A stretch of DNA of 64,000 nucleotides from a virus. Numbering within the stretch: the stretch's first letter is position 1; every line of letters begins with the position of its first letter. The translations under genes were made by a program, and so were the position numbers. The notes under the pieces are model-generated. The model was given only the letters and a program-made list of their open reading frames with translations. It ran no database searches and had not been told where the DNA came from. The stretch lies in IMG/VR virus record IMGVR_UViG_3300043442_000189; one strand, given 5' to 3'. Shown in pieces: positions 30,701-40,439 of this stretch.

Positions 30701-32212
30701 TTACGAAGCTGTTACTGAGTCAAATCCTGAATATCTAATGTATGTACCAACTTGTGTACCGATTCTTATCTTATAGTCAGTACCTGATGTCAAACCTATA
30801 AAACCATCTGTGAGAGGTGTTGTGATAGGATTAACAAAAGTTTTAGTATCGATTAGTGTTACTTCATCGTCAGCATAAAGTTGAACATAGTAAGTAACAC
30901 CTACAATAGAAGCGGGGTTAGTAAATTGGAAATAAATTTCTGCAGGTATAGAAGTGTTGTAAGTTAAAGAAGGAACCATTCCGGGATTCAAGAAAGATGA
31001 ACTGATACTACCAGTACAAGCAATATTATTTGTATTCTCTATACAGTATGTTAGTATTATATCTAAGTCTGACCATGATTGTACAGCAGTTGCTCCAAGT
31101 GCTACAGTTATCGGAGCACCATTAAGATTAGCTACGATAGCTGGAACTGGAGAAACAGCATAGGTGTTCCCAAATTTATCAGCAATTGTTAAAGCGATAC
31201 CTGCAGCACAATCAACAGCACCGGGTGCGGTAGTTCCTAAAAGAGGAACACTTAAGTTTGTTGACACTATACTAATGGTTCCGAATGAAACACTTGTACT
31301 ATTACAAGTAAGAGAATCATTACAGCAAGTGTTTAAGATATTATCTACAGCAGCTCTAAGATCACACACGGTCAACCAAAGATTATTGATAGCATCAGCT
31401 GCGGTACTATAGTTAGATTGTAAAACCCAACCTGGTGTCATACCCATCAACCCAGAACCATATAGTTTTGGAAGATTATCTAAGTTAGTGCATTGTTTAG
31501 AAATAGCACTAATGATAGATGTAGTTGTTCCTGTAGCATTTCTTAGATTACAAAACTCTTGCTCAAGTGATTGACAAAAAGTAGTAACCTGTAATACAGT
31601 ATTAGGATATAAACAATTAGATAAAGTTGTAGGAACAGAAGGTGAATAATTATTCACCCATGTTTCAAGATTAGTAATACGTTGACCTTGATTACTTACA
31701 GTAGTTTGCAATCCTGCAAACTGAGTTGACAATGTACAAACACGAGCTCCTATCGCAGCAGCATAGTCTGCAATATTCATTGTGGTAATGTTATTACCAA
31801 AACCGTCTGTATACTGAAAACAAGGTGCTATTGTTATTACACAATCAGGACAATTTCCGGTTGTTTGTGCAGACGATACCGAGAAAGATTTAGCTGTAGA
31901 AGAGAGTGCTACAGGTGTAGCTCCTGAACAACAGTTATTTAATGCACATAGTTTGTCAATAATAAACTGAACTAAATCATGAAAGTTTTCTGGTTTTGGA
32001 CAAACAGGATCAAAACAACTTAAATCAAAAGAATCAAGATTTGTTTGATCTAATAAGTCGCAAAGTTCAACAGCTAGTTTATAAGTAACATCACTTACTG
32101 TATCACCCTTTTGTAGATTGATACATGCAATATCTGGTCCTTGCCAAGTAACACAGTTACTCGATATAGGGTTACAGTTCTGTTGATTATTTGAAGGTTT
32201 TACTGGGATCAT
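30701..32212 (-). CDS. Cys-rich fibre/decoration protein with coiled coil and FN3-like C-terminus
   Basis: CNPISSNCVTWQGPDIAC N-terminal module; heptads FAGLQTTVSNQGQRITNLE; GLTSGTDYKIRI. Confidence 0.55.
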   Translation of the reverse strand: MIPVKPSNNQQNCNPISSNCVTWQGPDIACINLQKGDTVSDVTYKLAVELCDLLDQTNLDSFDLSCFDPVCPKPENFHDLVQFIIDKLCALNNCCSGATPVALSSTAKSFSVSSAQTTGNCPDCVITIAPCFQYTDGFGNNITTMNIADYAAAIGARVCTLSTQFAGLQTTVSNQGQRITNLETWVNNYSPSVPTTLSNCLYPNTVLQVTTFCQSLEQEFCNLRNATGTTTSIISAISKQCTNLDNLPKLYGSGLMGMTPGWVLQSNYSTAADAINNLWLTVCDLRAAVDNILNTCCNDSLTCNSTSVSFGTISIVSTNLSVPLLGTTAPGAVDCAAGIALTIADKFGNTYAVSPVPAIVANLNGAPITVALGATAVQSWSDLDIILTYCIENTNNIACTGSISSSFLNPGMVPSLTYNTSIPAEIYFQFTNPASIVGVTYYVQLYADDEVTLIDTKTFVNPITTPLTDGFIGLTSGTDYKIRIGTQVGTYIRYSGFDSVTAS

Positions 32213-32218
32213 CTTATA

Positions 32219-32228
32219 TATAATTTAC
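32219..32228 (-). promoter_or_regulatory. Putative phage late promoter GTAAATTATA
   Basis: Intergenic copy of the repeated motif, 6 nt before ATG. Confidence 0.55.
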
Positions 32229-32253
32229 GTATTTTTTAGTCAGTTTCAAAATA

Positions 32254-33096
32254 TTAGGAGAAACAAGAATTACACTCTCCATTATTTATAATCATTGTTT
32301 CAGCAGGGTTTGTAAAATCAATAGTTTTGATTTTAGGAATAACAGTCGGACTTATTGGAGAAACAACGTTATTAATAAGCATACAACAACCTTGATAGTT
32401 TACAAGTACTGGTAAGTCTGCAGGTGTAATCTCCTCAGTTACAACAAAGTTAAAAGTAAAAATTTCATCTCCTAAATCTTCTAAGAAATAAGTACAGCAA
32501 ATATCACCAGGACAACAACCTATGGATGGTTCTATCGATGGGTTATATGTATGATCACCATAAGTTCCGTATGTATAGGTAACAGTAACAGGAGCTGGTA
32601 ATGGAACACCTGTAGGTTCCTCACAAACTTCTGGTTCTGGTGCAGGTGTCGGTACTATACATGCATTTGCATTATATAAGTTAGCAAGATCGCATGCTTT
32701 CTTTTTTACAGTAATTCTGTCAATATCAATATTAGTGCATACTGATTCTATACCATGTTTTAAACCTTTGAATATATCCCAATAAGCATTAGCAAACTTA
32801 ACATTAGTATCAATCTCATTCTGAGTTTCAGAAGTTTGTGTAAACTGCTCAAAGTATTCAGGAACTACCTTTGGTATTTCTGGTTCAGTAGCTGGCAAGC
32901 ATGTTATACAATCGTCACAGACTTGTGTTATCGTAACATCAGGAACTCCATCACAAGGTGCTGTGTTATTAATAACACTCCAACAAGCATCAGATCCTGC
33001 GATTTTAATAACAGTACCAACATATACTGAGTATATTGCTGGTATTATCAGTACTTCATTGTTATTCTCACAGTTCTGTAAAGTTACGCAATTCAT
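32254..33096 (-). CDS. Cys-rich virion protein with two repeats ending in CxxC
   Basis: 280 aa; repeats end in DDCITC and GECNSC. Confidence 0.5.
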   Translation of the reverse strand: MNCVTLQNCENNNEVLIIPAIYSVYVGTVIKIAGSDACWSVINNTAPCDGVPDVTITQVCDDCITCLPATEPEIPKVVPEYFEQFTQTSETQNEIDTNVKFANAYWDIFKGLKHGIESVCTNIDIDRITVKKKACDLANLYNANACIVPTPAPEPEVCEEPTGVPLPAPVTVTYTYGTYGDHTYNPSIEPSIGCCPGDICCTYFLEDLGDEIFTFNFVVTEEITPADLPVLVNYQGCCMLINNVVSPISPTVIPKIKTIDFTNPAETMIINNGECNSCFS

Positions 33097-33101
33097 TTAT
33101 A

Positions 33102-35945
33102 TTAGGGTTTACATGAGTATTGTTTACAGCAGTCACAGTCATCATAAATTTTCTTTATGGTAACTGGTACTAATTCTGTAGGAAACTCGGGTTCGACATC
33201 AATTCTCCAGCAAAATCCTGGATATTCAAATAACTCAACAGACTTTCCGATATTATTATAGAGTACTTCTGATTCTACCTGAATGTAAATTTCCTCATTA
33301 TAACAAGAAGTTAGTCTAACAGCTAATGGTGCACACTCTTCGCAAGTTGTAAACTGCTCGCTAACATTAACATTGCTTACATCTAATGGATCACAATAGT
33401 CAATATCACTTACAGCAATTACAAAACAACCATCTATAGGGTTTCCGTCTATTTCAATTTTTACAACAATATCAAATCCTATGTAAGCACTTAAATCATT
33501 CTTTGAACAATACAGAGGTGTAGTAAGATCTTGACAATCATATACATTATATATACATGGTGTTATATATACTGTTTTGGGACATTCGCACTGAGCATTA
33601 TTTCCTACAACAACAACTTCACACCCTTCACCACAACTTACATTAATTGTATTAGAACAAATACCTTCCGCAATTTGAGGCGCTAGTTGATCCGCTGCAT
33701 CCGCAAAAGAAGATATGTAAGCATCAAGATCACCAGTTGATTTATAACTGCACATAGGTGCATAAATATTTGCAGGGTCGCCAGGTGCGTTACAGTTCCA
33801 TATTCCTGCAGGAGAAAAAGTAGAATTAGTAATTGACAAACTAGGATTACCTGTTATACTATCTGTATATGCAGCTGGTAAAGCTTTCCAAAAACCACCA
33901 GGTGAAGTAGAAAATAAACTATAGTTTGTACTACTTTGTGCTGGACCATATACAAGTCTTCCGAAAGGAATACCTGTAGGTACATTGGTAAGTCCAGTAA
34001 GTCCTAAATTACCACCAGCTATAGGGTTTGGTGGTTGATAACCATCTGTAGAATCTACATAATATGGACTTGCTGGATTTTGAGAAGGTGGAAATATATG
34101 AGTCATCTGATCAAGATAACCTTCTACAATAGCACGATACGTAAGATACGCTTCTACACTAGGCGCTCCTGATGGATTTTGACTTGGTAATAAAACAGTG
34201 TTTAAACTAGTTGGTGTAGTAGCCGTTAAAATAGCAAGTGTTATGTTTACATTTAGGGAGTTTTTAATGAAGTCAGACATCTCCATAGAAGTCTGATAAA
34301 TATCACACCTGGTACAATCATTATATGCACCGGAATCTCTACAGGAAGATCCTGTTGAAGATGTAATTGTCCAACTGTTTGAAACACCTGCATTATTACT
34401 TAATGAAAAAGTTTGAGAACTTCCTGTAATACTTGCTGGAAATCCATCAGTAACTAAAATAAATTTCTTTATAGCATTAGGATCAGAACCCGCTCCGAAT
34501 ATTATTTGAGTACCTGTTACAAAACCGTCTAATGTTTTTGTACCTGACCCTTGAGCAAGTCCTGATAAACTAGTAATGTAATTATTTATATCTATTATAT
34601 TGTTAGTTAAGAATAGAGGATTATCTTGACTATTACCAGGTAGTGCAGCTACTGAAAATGTACAGAATCCTAATTTAATAGTACTATTTTGTAGACCTGC
34701 TAAAATATTTGGCGCACTAACAACAGATTGTAGAAAAGCAATCATATCTGTTCTTTCTTGCGCAGAAACAGAACCTCCTAAATCTAATATAAAAACAATT
34801 TCACTTAAAGGACAATCTTGTGTACCAATACATGTTCCTGATGGAACATCATAGTTGAATCCTGGAGGACATAAGTTCGGACCTAAAGATTTACCATCAC
34901 ACTGATCAAGATTATTATTCTTTATGTATCCTGGAGGACATTCTCCACAATTGTAAAAAACAGCTTGTAGATCTAATGCTGTTCCACCTATATTGTCAGC
35001 TACTTGCCAAGTAACACCTGCATCAAATGTTCTTAATATCTGATGGATACCTAAACTATTATTATATCTAGCTGTATATCCTTCAGTCTCAGAATAAAAA
35101 CTAAACAAGTGAGAATTATTTCCTGGAGAACTGGATTGAAGAGTCCATGTTATACCACCATTTACAGTCATGTAAATAGTATCATTTCCTCCCATAGCAA
35201 ACATTACAAGATCATTTATTGCATCGAATGCTGTCCCATATATAGTTGTTGATACTGGAGAAAAAACCTGCGCTACACTCCAAGTTGCTCCAGAGTCTGT
35301 AGAAAGATATATTTTTGATTTTCCTACAACAACCATTTTTGTACCATCACTTGAAAGATGTACACCACAGATTTGATCTATAGATAATAATGCATCAAAT
35401 CCTACAACAGTTGTCCAGGTTATACCTCCATCATTAGTCTGCAATAATTTTACTTGAGGATTAGGAGTCGCTCCCGGATTACTAAAACCTATAATACCAT
35501 TTAGTTCATCCGACATATGAAGTTTTACAAAACTTATAGTACTAGCGTATAAACTTGCAAAGTCATTGTTTACAATATTATAAGTGTTTCCGCCATCTAT
35601 TGATTTATATAAACCCTCTGTTCCGTATATGTAACTTATATTCGAATCCAGTACAATCACTCTAGATCCTAGACCAGGATCCACATTTATATCAAAGCTT
35701 ATCCAATCACCTATTGGTGTATCTAGGGTATCACCGTTATCATCAGAAGTTCTTATAATAGTACCTGTACTTGGATTACCTGCAAAAATTACTTTATTAC
35801 CATTGTTAGGATCTATTCCTACACAACTTCCACCGCCTCCAAATTCCGAGGGAATTAAAGGTATGTTTTCAAAGTCATTTCCATTATTTGTATACCCTGC
35901 TTCTGAGGACGCTCTAGTAGTATAATAAGCTTTTATTAATGACAT
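33102..35945 (-). CDS. Putative adhesin/decoration protein: Asp-box (BNR) beta-propeller + vWA domain + Cys-rich repeats
   Basis: Six Asp-box-like motifs (RTSDDNGDT, YKSIDGGNTY, LQTNDGGITW, YLSTDSGATW, YMTVNGGITW, LRTFDAGVTW); vWA IVFILDLGGSV..FILVTDGFP; CPPG repeats. Confidence 0.7.
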   Translation of the reverse strand: MSLIKAYYTTRASSEAGYTNNGNDFENIPLIPSEFGGGGSCVGIDPNNGNKVIFAGNPSTGTIIRTSDDNGDTLDTPIGDWISFDINVDPGLGSRVIVLDSNISYIYGTEGLYKSIDGGNTYNIVNNDFASLYASTISFVKLHMSDELNGIIGFSNPGATPNPQVKLLQTNDGGITWTTVVGFDALLSIDQICGVHLSSDGTKMVVVGKSKIYLSTDSGATWSVAQVFSPVSTTIYGTAFDAINDLVMFAMGGNDTIYMTVNGGITWTLQSSSPGNNSHLFSFYSETEGYTARYNNSLGIHQILRTFDAGVTWQVADNIGGTALDLQAVFYNCGECPPGYIKNNNLDQCDGKSLGPNLCPPGFNYDVPSGTCIGTQDCPLSEIVFILDLGGSVSAQERTDMIAFLQSVVSAPNILAGLQNSTIKLGFCTFSVAALPGNSQDNPLFLTNNIIDINNYITSLSGLAQGSGTKTLDGFVTGTQIIFGAGSDPNAIKKFILVTDGFPASITGSSQTFSLSNNAGVSNSWTITSSTGSSCRDSGAYNDCTRCDIYQTSMEMSDFIKNSLNVNITLAILTATTPTSLNTVLLPSQNPSGAPSVEAYLTYRAIVEGYLDQMTHIFPPSQNPASPYYVDSTDGYQPPNPIAGGNLGLTGLTNVPTGIPFGRLVYGPAQSSTNYSLFSTSPGGFWKALPAAYTDSITGNPSLSITNSTFSPAGIWNCNAPGDPANIYAPMCSYKSTGDLDAYISSFADAADQLAPQIAEGICSNTINVSCGEGCEVVVVGNNAQCECPKTVYITPCIYNVYDCQDLTTPLYCSKNDLSAYIGFDIVVKIEIDGNPIDGCFVIAVSDIDYCDPLDVSNVNVSEQFTTCEECAPLAVRLTSCYNEEIYIQVESEVLYNNIGKSVELFEYPGFCWRIDVEPEFPTELVPVTIKKIYDDCDCCKQYSCKP

Positions 35946-35948
35946 ATC

Positions 35949-36089
35949 TTATGGTTTCTTTTGCACCTGATTTTGTGCAGGTGTCTTTAATTGATTAACA
36001 CATTTACTGCAACCTACTTTTCCATCAGGGGTTACTCTCTTTTGACATCCGCAGCTCATTGCTGCTCCACAGTTTGGACATTTGCTCAT
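35949..36089 (-). CDS. 46-aa Cys-rich (zinc-binding-like) protein, not in ORF track
   Basis: MSKCPNCGAAMSCGCQKRVTPDGKVGCSKCVNQLKTPAQNQVQKKP; fills the 35945-36110 gap; preceded by AAAAAACCAACAAT box. Confidence 0.75.
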   Translation of the reverse strand: MSKCPNCGAAMSCGCQKRVTPDGKVGCSKCVNQLKTPAQNQVQKKP

Positions 36090-36109
36090 ATTGTTGGTTT
36101 TTTAAAAAG

Positions 36110-36667
36110 TTAGCATGATTCACATCCGCAGTTACAACTAAGTTTTGTCAATCTGGACATTACATAATTATAGATGTCCATTCCTTGTTTAGGATTATGA
36201 CAATATTCAACTTTTGCTTTAGCTGCTTCTAACATAGTAGTTAGCAAATTTAGTTCTTTTAGTTTATCCTTCAAAGGTTGAACCGGTTCACAATTCGGAA
36301 CATCTAGACAACAAAGAATAGTTTGAATCTTAGCAAGCGCTGCTGTAATACGTAAGTGGTTATATTCCACATAGACATACTCATTTGGTGCAACACTATA
36401 CTTTATAGCATACACACCATCAGGAATATCATTACGAACTGTTGTACAGTTAGTCGTCTGCAATCCTAAATCACAAGCTGTAAGACTAAGATTAAATGAA
36501 CTACTTGTTGGATAGTATGCTACTGCATTGGTATATCCAGGTGCAAGAACTTCAAGAGTTAATGATCCCGGTGCCATACTAGGATCATATGTGCTGGTGT
36601 CTACCACTCTGAGAATACAAGTATTCAAAGTGTTAGGCATATCTAAAGATAAAAGATGTTTTGCCAT
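36110..36667 (-). CDS. Structural protein, probable tail hub/collar component
   Basis: 185 aa; PDGVYAIKYSV motif; Cys-rich end; synteny with crAss-like structural genes. Confidence 0.45.
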   Translation of the reverse strand: MAKHLLSLDMPNTLNTCILRVVDTSTYDPSMAPGSLTLEVLAPGYTNAVAYYPTSSSFNLSLTACDLGLQTTNCTTVRNDIPDGVYAIKYSVAPNEYVYVEYNHLRITAALAKIQTILCCLDVPNCEPVQPLKDKLKELNLLTTMLEAAKAKVEYCHNPKQGMDIYNYVMSRLTKLSCNCGCESC

Positions 36668-36706
36668 ATACTATTAAATTACGAAATTAATCATAATAAA
36701 TGAAAT

Positions 36707-36739
36707 AAAAAAGGGTGAGATTTGATTCTCACCCTTTTT
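36707..36739. terminator. Bidirectional Rho-independent terminator
   Basis: AAAAAA-GGGTGAGA-TTTGAT-TCTCACCC-TTTTT, perfect 8-bp core stem flanked by A and T tracts. Confidence 0.85.
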
Positions 36740-36756
36740 ATTATCAAAACTCTAGA

Positions 36757-38145
36757 TTAGTCATTAACAGGATCAATAAGGGTACAAGTAGCAGGGCACT
36801 GTAGTATTTCCAATTGTGTACAAGCACTACCAGCACTACTCAACCATGTTCCCATAAAATCTTCAAAATCTTCCCATGATGTAGTACCAGGAGTAGTTGT
36901 ATTAGAAGGAGCAATAATCTCAAGCAAATATTGATCATTATCAAAAGTACTTGATGGATTATTGAAACGAGGTACATTATGCTGAATATAGTAACGTGTA
37001 TATGATGTATTACGATTGATAGCTGCAGTTACATCATCACCGTTAGTGATTTCACGAATACGCAAATCTCTACCAGTGTAGAAAGGTTGTTGCATATAAG
37101 CTTCAGTCATGATTAAATCACGAATTACAGTTTCTCCGTATCCTGTACCTTGATAACCAGGACATGTGTTAGATACACAAACTCCACCAAATGCACAAGG
37201 ATCACCATTCAAATCTACTTCAGAAGCATAAATCTTAACTGGCTCCAATTTAGAAATCAAAGAATCACTTGGATAGAAAGTACAATCTCCGAACGTAGTA
37301 TCTACATAAGCACCATTGATGATCAAACCTGCACGACCTAATCCAGGAATAGCAGTGGTTCCTGAATAAGTTGTATAGTTAACAACATCAGGAAGTGGTG
37401 TTACACCATTGATATAATCTAACAATAGTTCCAAATTTTGAGCAGAGTTAGTACCATCACCAATACTTTCCCATACAGGACTTGCTGTATCATAATCCAA
37501 AGTATAAGTAATTTCAACCTGAATAAAAGGAGAGACTAAAGGAGAATTCAACAACTGATATGCCCATTGTACATATACAATCAAAGGATTAACCGCTTGA
37601 CCAATTCCATCAACTCCTTCAGCGCAACAACCTGTATAAGCAGCTGCTGTATAGTAACTGTTACGAGTTAAGAAACGTAATGCAGGAGAACCCTTAATGT
37701 CAACACGAAGATTGTAAGTACTATTACATACAAACTCACGGTTTACAACTGATCCTGAATTAAGATTGCAAGAAATCAAAGGATCACCAGCAGTAGGTTG
37801 ATTAGCATAGTTAGAACCTACAGTAATTTGTGCAAATTGTGAATCACAAGGAAGAACCTTGTAAAATTTACTAACGTACTTAGGGTTAATACTTTTTGAT
37901 TTTACAGATTCGCTGTAACCACCTGCAAAAGGACCGATTTTGTCATTTGCTGCAGCATGAATAGAACCTGCAACAAGTACCAAAGGACATCCGTTAGTAG
38001 GTGCAGTAGCTTGGTTTGTCCATGTTTTAGGATCATAGAAACCAAATTGACCAGTAGCTAAAGCTGATGTAGCTGTAGTACCGTCGTTAACAAAACCGTC
38101 TGTTCCCACAAAGGTTTTGTTAAAAGCATGATTAAAGTAACTCAT
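36757..38145 (-). CDS. Abundant structural protein (candidate auxiliary capsid protein)
   Basis: 462 aa, beta-rich, followed by a strong terminator; position matches the crAss auxiliary capsid gene (synteny only). Confidence 0.45.
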   Translation of the reverse strand: MSYFNHAFNKTFVGTDGFVNDGTTATSALATGQFGFYDPKTWTNQATAPTNGCPLVLVAGSIHAAANDKIGPFAGGYSESVKSKSINPKYVSKFYKVLPCDSQFAQITVGSNYANQPTAGDPLISCNLNSGSVVNREFVCNSTYNLRVDIKGSPALRFLTRNSYYTAAAYTGCCAEGVDGIGQAVNPLIVYVQWAYQLLNSPLVSPFIQVEITYTLDYDTASPVWESIGDGTNSAQNLELLLDYINGVTPLPDVVNYTTYSGTTAIPGLGRAGLIINGAYVDTTFGDCTFYPSDSLISKLEPVKIYASEVDLNGDPCAFGGVCVSNTCPGYQGTGYGETVIRDLIMTEAYMQQPFYTGRDLRIREITNGDDVTAAINRNTSYTRYYIQHNVPRFNNPSSTFDNDQYLLEIIAPSNTTTPGTTSWEDFEDFMGTWLSSAGSACTQLEILQCPATCTLIDPVND

Positions 38146-38205
38146 AGTTTTTTGTTTTTATAAATATATAAGTAATATAAGAAGTCTTGTTTAAACTTCC
38201 AAATT

Positions 38206-38631
38206 TTATTTCAAGAAAATTAGCTTGTACTTAGTACTGTTAATCAATGACTTAATCTCATCGATTGTGTTTATAATCTCAGAATGCTCACAAGTATCTT
38301 GAACTTTGCTACACATATCATAAAGTCCACGAAGATACTTTACACATTCTTCAGGTGTACTCATTGCTTTAAGTTCAGTAGATGTAGGATAGTCTAGTAG
38401 TTTCTCAGTAACACCTTGCCATTGTTCAGCAAGACTATCTGCAAAGTCACCAACACCATCATAGAACTCACCCATTGCAATATGTGCAGAGTAACTAGTT
38501 GTTTTAAGATGAGCAATGTGGATTTTTGTAACACCATTTAAAAGTTCAAATGTAAGTGCTGTTATAGCACCGGTCATTTGTTTCATTGCATTACCGGTAG
38601 CTCCACCACCTTCAATTTTCAATTGTCTCAT
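38206..38631 (-). CDS. Dps/ferritin-like four-helix-bundle protein
   Basis: HLKTTSYSAHIAMGEFYDGVGDFADSLAE matches the H..H..Y..D..AE spacing of Dps-like ferroxidase centres. Confidence 0.65.
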   Translation of the reverse strand: MRQLKIEGGGATGNAMKQMTGAITALTFELLNGVTKIHIAHLKTTSYSAHIAMGEFYDGVGDFADSLAEQWQGVTEKLLDYPTSTELKAMSTPEECVKYLRGLYDMCSKVQDTCEHSEIINTIDEIKSLINSTKYKLIFLK

Positions 38632-38633
38632 GA

Positions 38634-39341
38634 TTAACTATTTTCTTGTACTGATTGTTGAGATACTTGATACTGTGTCATGTATTCAATATCTCCTGAT
38701 AAGATGTTTACAGCTGCATCTACAAGGATCTCCGTAATATCATCTTTAAATTCACAAAGTACATCTGCTGTAGATTGTACTGTTGTATAAGGATCGACAC
38801 AGTTAATAAGCTGTACAAATACAGGGAGTCTATAATACATAAGTTTTACTTCATGTAAACTAAACTCTCCATTTGTATAGATTCTTATTTTATTACCTAC
38901 TAGTGTACAGAAAGTTTCACCCCATTCAAAACTGGGTTTCTTTAGTTCATCTGACAAAAGCAAAGGAACATTCTCTTCTTCTGCTAAGTAAGTAATTGTC
39001 ATTGCCATAGGATTATCACAACAATCTTTTTGACCGTGACCATTAATACGTTTAAAGTATAAATAGTTTGTAGGTAATTCCTGTGTCTCCATATACAAAC
39101 CTTTGTTTGTAAGAGTCATAGGAACTTCTATCAACAATCTTTGTAGATCGTCAATACGCATTTTGGTTTGCTCATCACCTGTCTTGGTAAGATTAACACC
39201 CTGCACTTGACGACGCACCCACTCTACTTGAGCTTTATTAAAAGCTTCAACGATTTGCCAGCACTGCAAGTTATCATAGTCTAAACTATCTAACTTGTTT
39301 AGACGCTGCTTAATCTTTAATTGTAGAGTAAGATTATTCAT
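38634..39341 (-). CDS. Head-tail connector / ring protein
   Basis: 235 aa; FNKAQ.EWV and Y.RLP..V..C.F..DITEILVD.AV pattern of crAss-type ring proteins; downstream of MCP. Confidence 0.55.
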   Translation of the reverse strand: MNNLTLQLKIKQRLNKLDSLDYDNLQCWQIVEAFNKAQVEWVRRQVQGVNLTKTGDEQTKMRIDDLQRLLIEVPMTLTNKGLYMETQELPTNYLYFKRINGHGQKDCCDNPMAMTITYLAEEENVPLLLSDELKKPSFEWGETFCTLVGNKIRIYTNGEFSLHEVKLMYYRLPVFVQLINCVDPYTTVQSTADVLCEFKDDITEILVDAAVNILSGDIEYMTQYQVSQQSVQENS

Positions 39342-39631
39342 TATCCTTTAACGCGTTTTAATCTTGGATTTGCTTTTTTAGCAGCGGGTGATGCTTTACG
39401 AGAAGAAGATGCAAGAATAGCTGATGCTGCTTCTTTTGATACACCTTGCTTCTTAGCAATACTAGCAGCTACTGCTTTAAAACCAGGATGCGCTTGACCA
39501 CCCTTTTTAAATACACCACGTCCTTTTAGAACGTCTGCTTTTGTAACTTTACCGTCTCCAGTTAAGTCCGGAAAAGATCCACCAGATTTCATCTTCATGG
39601 ATCCTCCACATTTCATACATTTTTTTGCCAT
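39341..39631 (-). CDS. Small basic protein with EF-hand/dockerin-like loop and GG motifs
   Basis: MKCGG, MKSGG, FKKGG; DLTGDGKVTKAD loop; Lys/Ala-rich. Confidence 0.7.
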   Translation of the reverse strand: MAKKCMKCGGSMKMKSGGSFPDLTGDGKVTKADVLKGRGVFKKGGQAHPGFKAVAASIAKKQGVSKEAASAILASSSRKASPAAKKANPRLKRVKG

Positions 39632-39642
39632 AGTTATTTAGT

Positions 39643-39894
39643 TTAACACTTCCACTTACGAAGTGATTTGTTTATTCTACTATTAGGATCGTTAGCTGTT
39701 TTAGAAGATGTATTCTTCTTCTTCATACCTTCCATTCGAGCACAAAATGATCTCTTTCTAGGACCACCTCCAGGTTGTGGTGCTTTTAAATCTGATCCAG
39801 GATTTTGTCTTTCGTAAGACTTTCTACCTTTTTCATTAAGACCACCTGAAGGTGACTTACCAGCTTTACGTGTCCACGCAGCAGATTTCGCCAT
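39643..39894 (-). CDS. Small basic phage protein (DUF6321-like from memory, unverified)
   Basis: GGLNEKGRKSY..RKRSFCARM..SRINKSLRKWKC. Confidence 0.65.
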   Translation of the reverse strand: MAKSAAWTRKAGKSPSGGLNEKGRKSYERQNPGSDLKAPQPGGGPRKRSFCARMEGMKKKNTSSKTANDPNSRINKSLRKWKC

Positions 39895-40235
39895 TACTTT
39901 TTCTTTTTTACAGAACCACCTTGTTTTTTAACCGAACCTCCTTTTTTATATGAATCCGGCTTGGTTAGATAATCCATACGTTTCTCTTGAAGGTCCTGAG
40001 ATTTTCTATTTAGTCGAGATGCTTTGTAGCTTAGTCTATCCCCTTTATTGTCAAATCTACTTTCACTAGGTTTACCAAAGTTTTCACCAGCTTTTGCATA
40101 AGCATCATCAGCGCGTTGTGCAACTTTCTTAACTTTAGAATCTAATCTATTAATTTTGTTTGTAGTTCTTCTTATGACTCGTTCATCTCTTTCAGGAGAA
40201 CCACCATTTTGTTTTTTAACTAGTTTTTTTGCCAT
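39894..40235 (-). CDS. Small basic protein with GG motifs
   Basis: KQNGG, YKKGG, KKQGG; very Lys/Arg-rich; coupled to neighbouring genes. Confidence 0.7.
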   Translation of the reverse strand: MAKKLVKKQNGGSPERDERVIRRTTNKINRLDSKVKKVAQRADDAYAKAGENFGKPSESRFDNKGDRLSYKASRLNRKSQDLQEKRMDYLTKPDSYKKGGSVKKQGGSVKKKK

Positions 40236-40438
40236 TATTTTTTAGTTTTACGATTTGTTGTAGATTTTACCATACCACCTAACATCATTAGTTGTTCTTG
40301 AGTAGCTTTACGAACCTTACCTAAAAGTGCTTTATCTTTCTGTAGGTCGTTATATCTGCGTATAGTATCCATAGCAGATTCTACTTTCCAGCGTTCTTCA
40401 CGCATCTTGTCTTCTTTAGACATTTTGATTTGTGCCAT
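40235..40438 (-). CDS. Small basic helical protein, 67 aa (start corrected to ATG at 40438)
   Basis: MAQIKMSKEDKMREERW...; the track's 103-aa version overlaps the upstream gene, whereas ATG 40438 follows that gene's stop (40440) directly. Confidence 0.65.
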   Translation of the reverse strand: MAQIKMSKEDKMREERWKVESAMDTIRRYNDLQKDKALLGKVRKATQEQLMMLGGMVKSTTNRKTKK

Positions 40439-40439
40439 A

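Noticed and set aside
38171-38180. TTATATTACT as another late-promoter copy
   Set aside because: Two mismatches including the leading G in an AT-rich gap; not distinguishable from background
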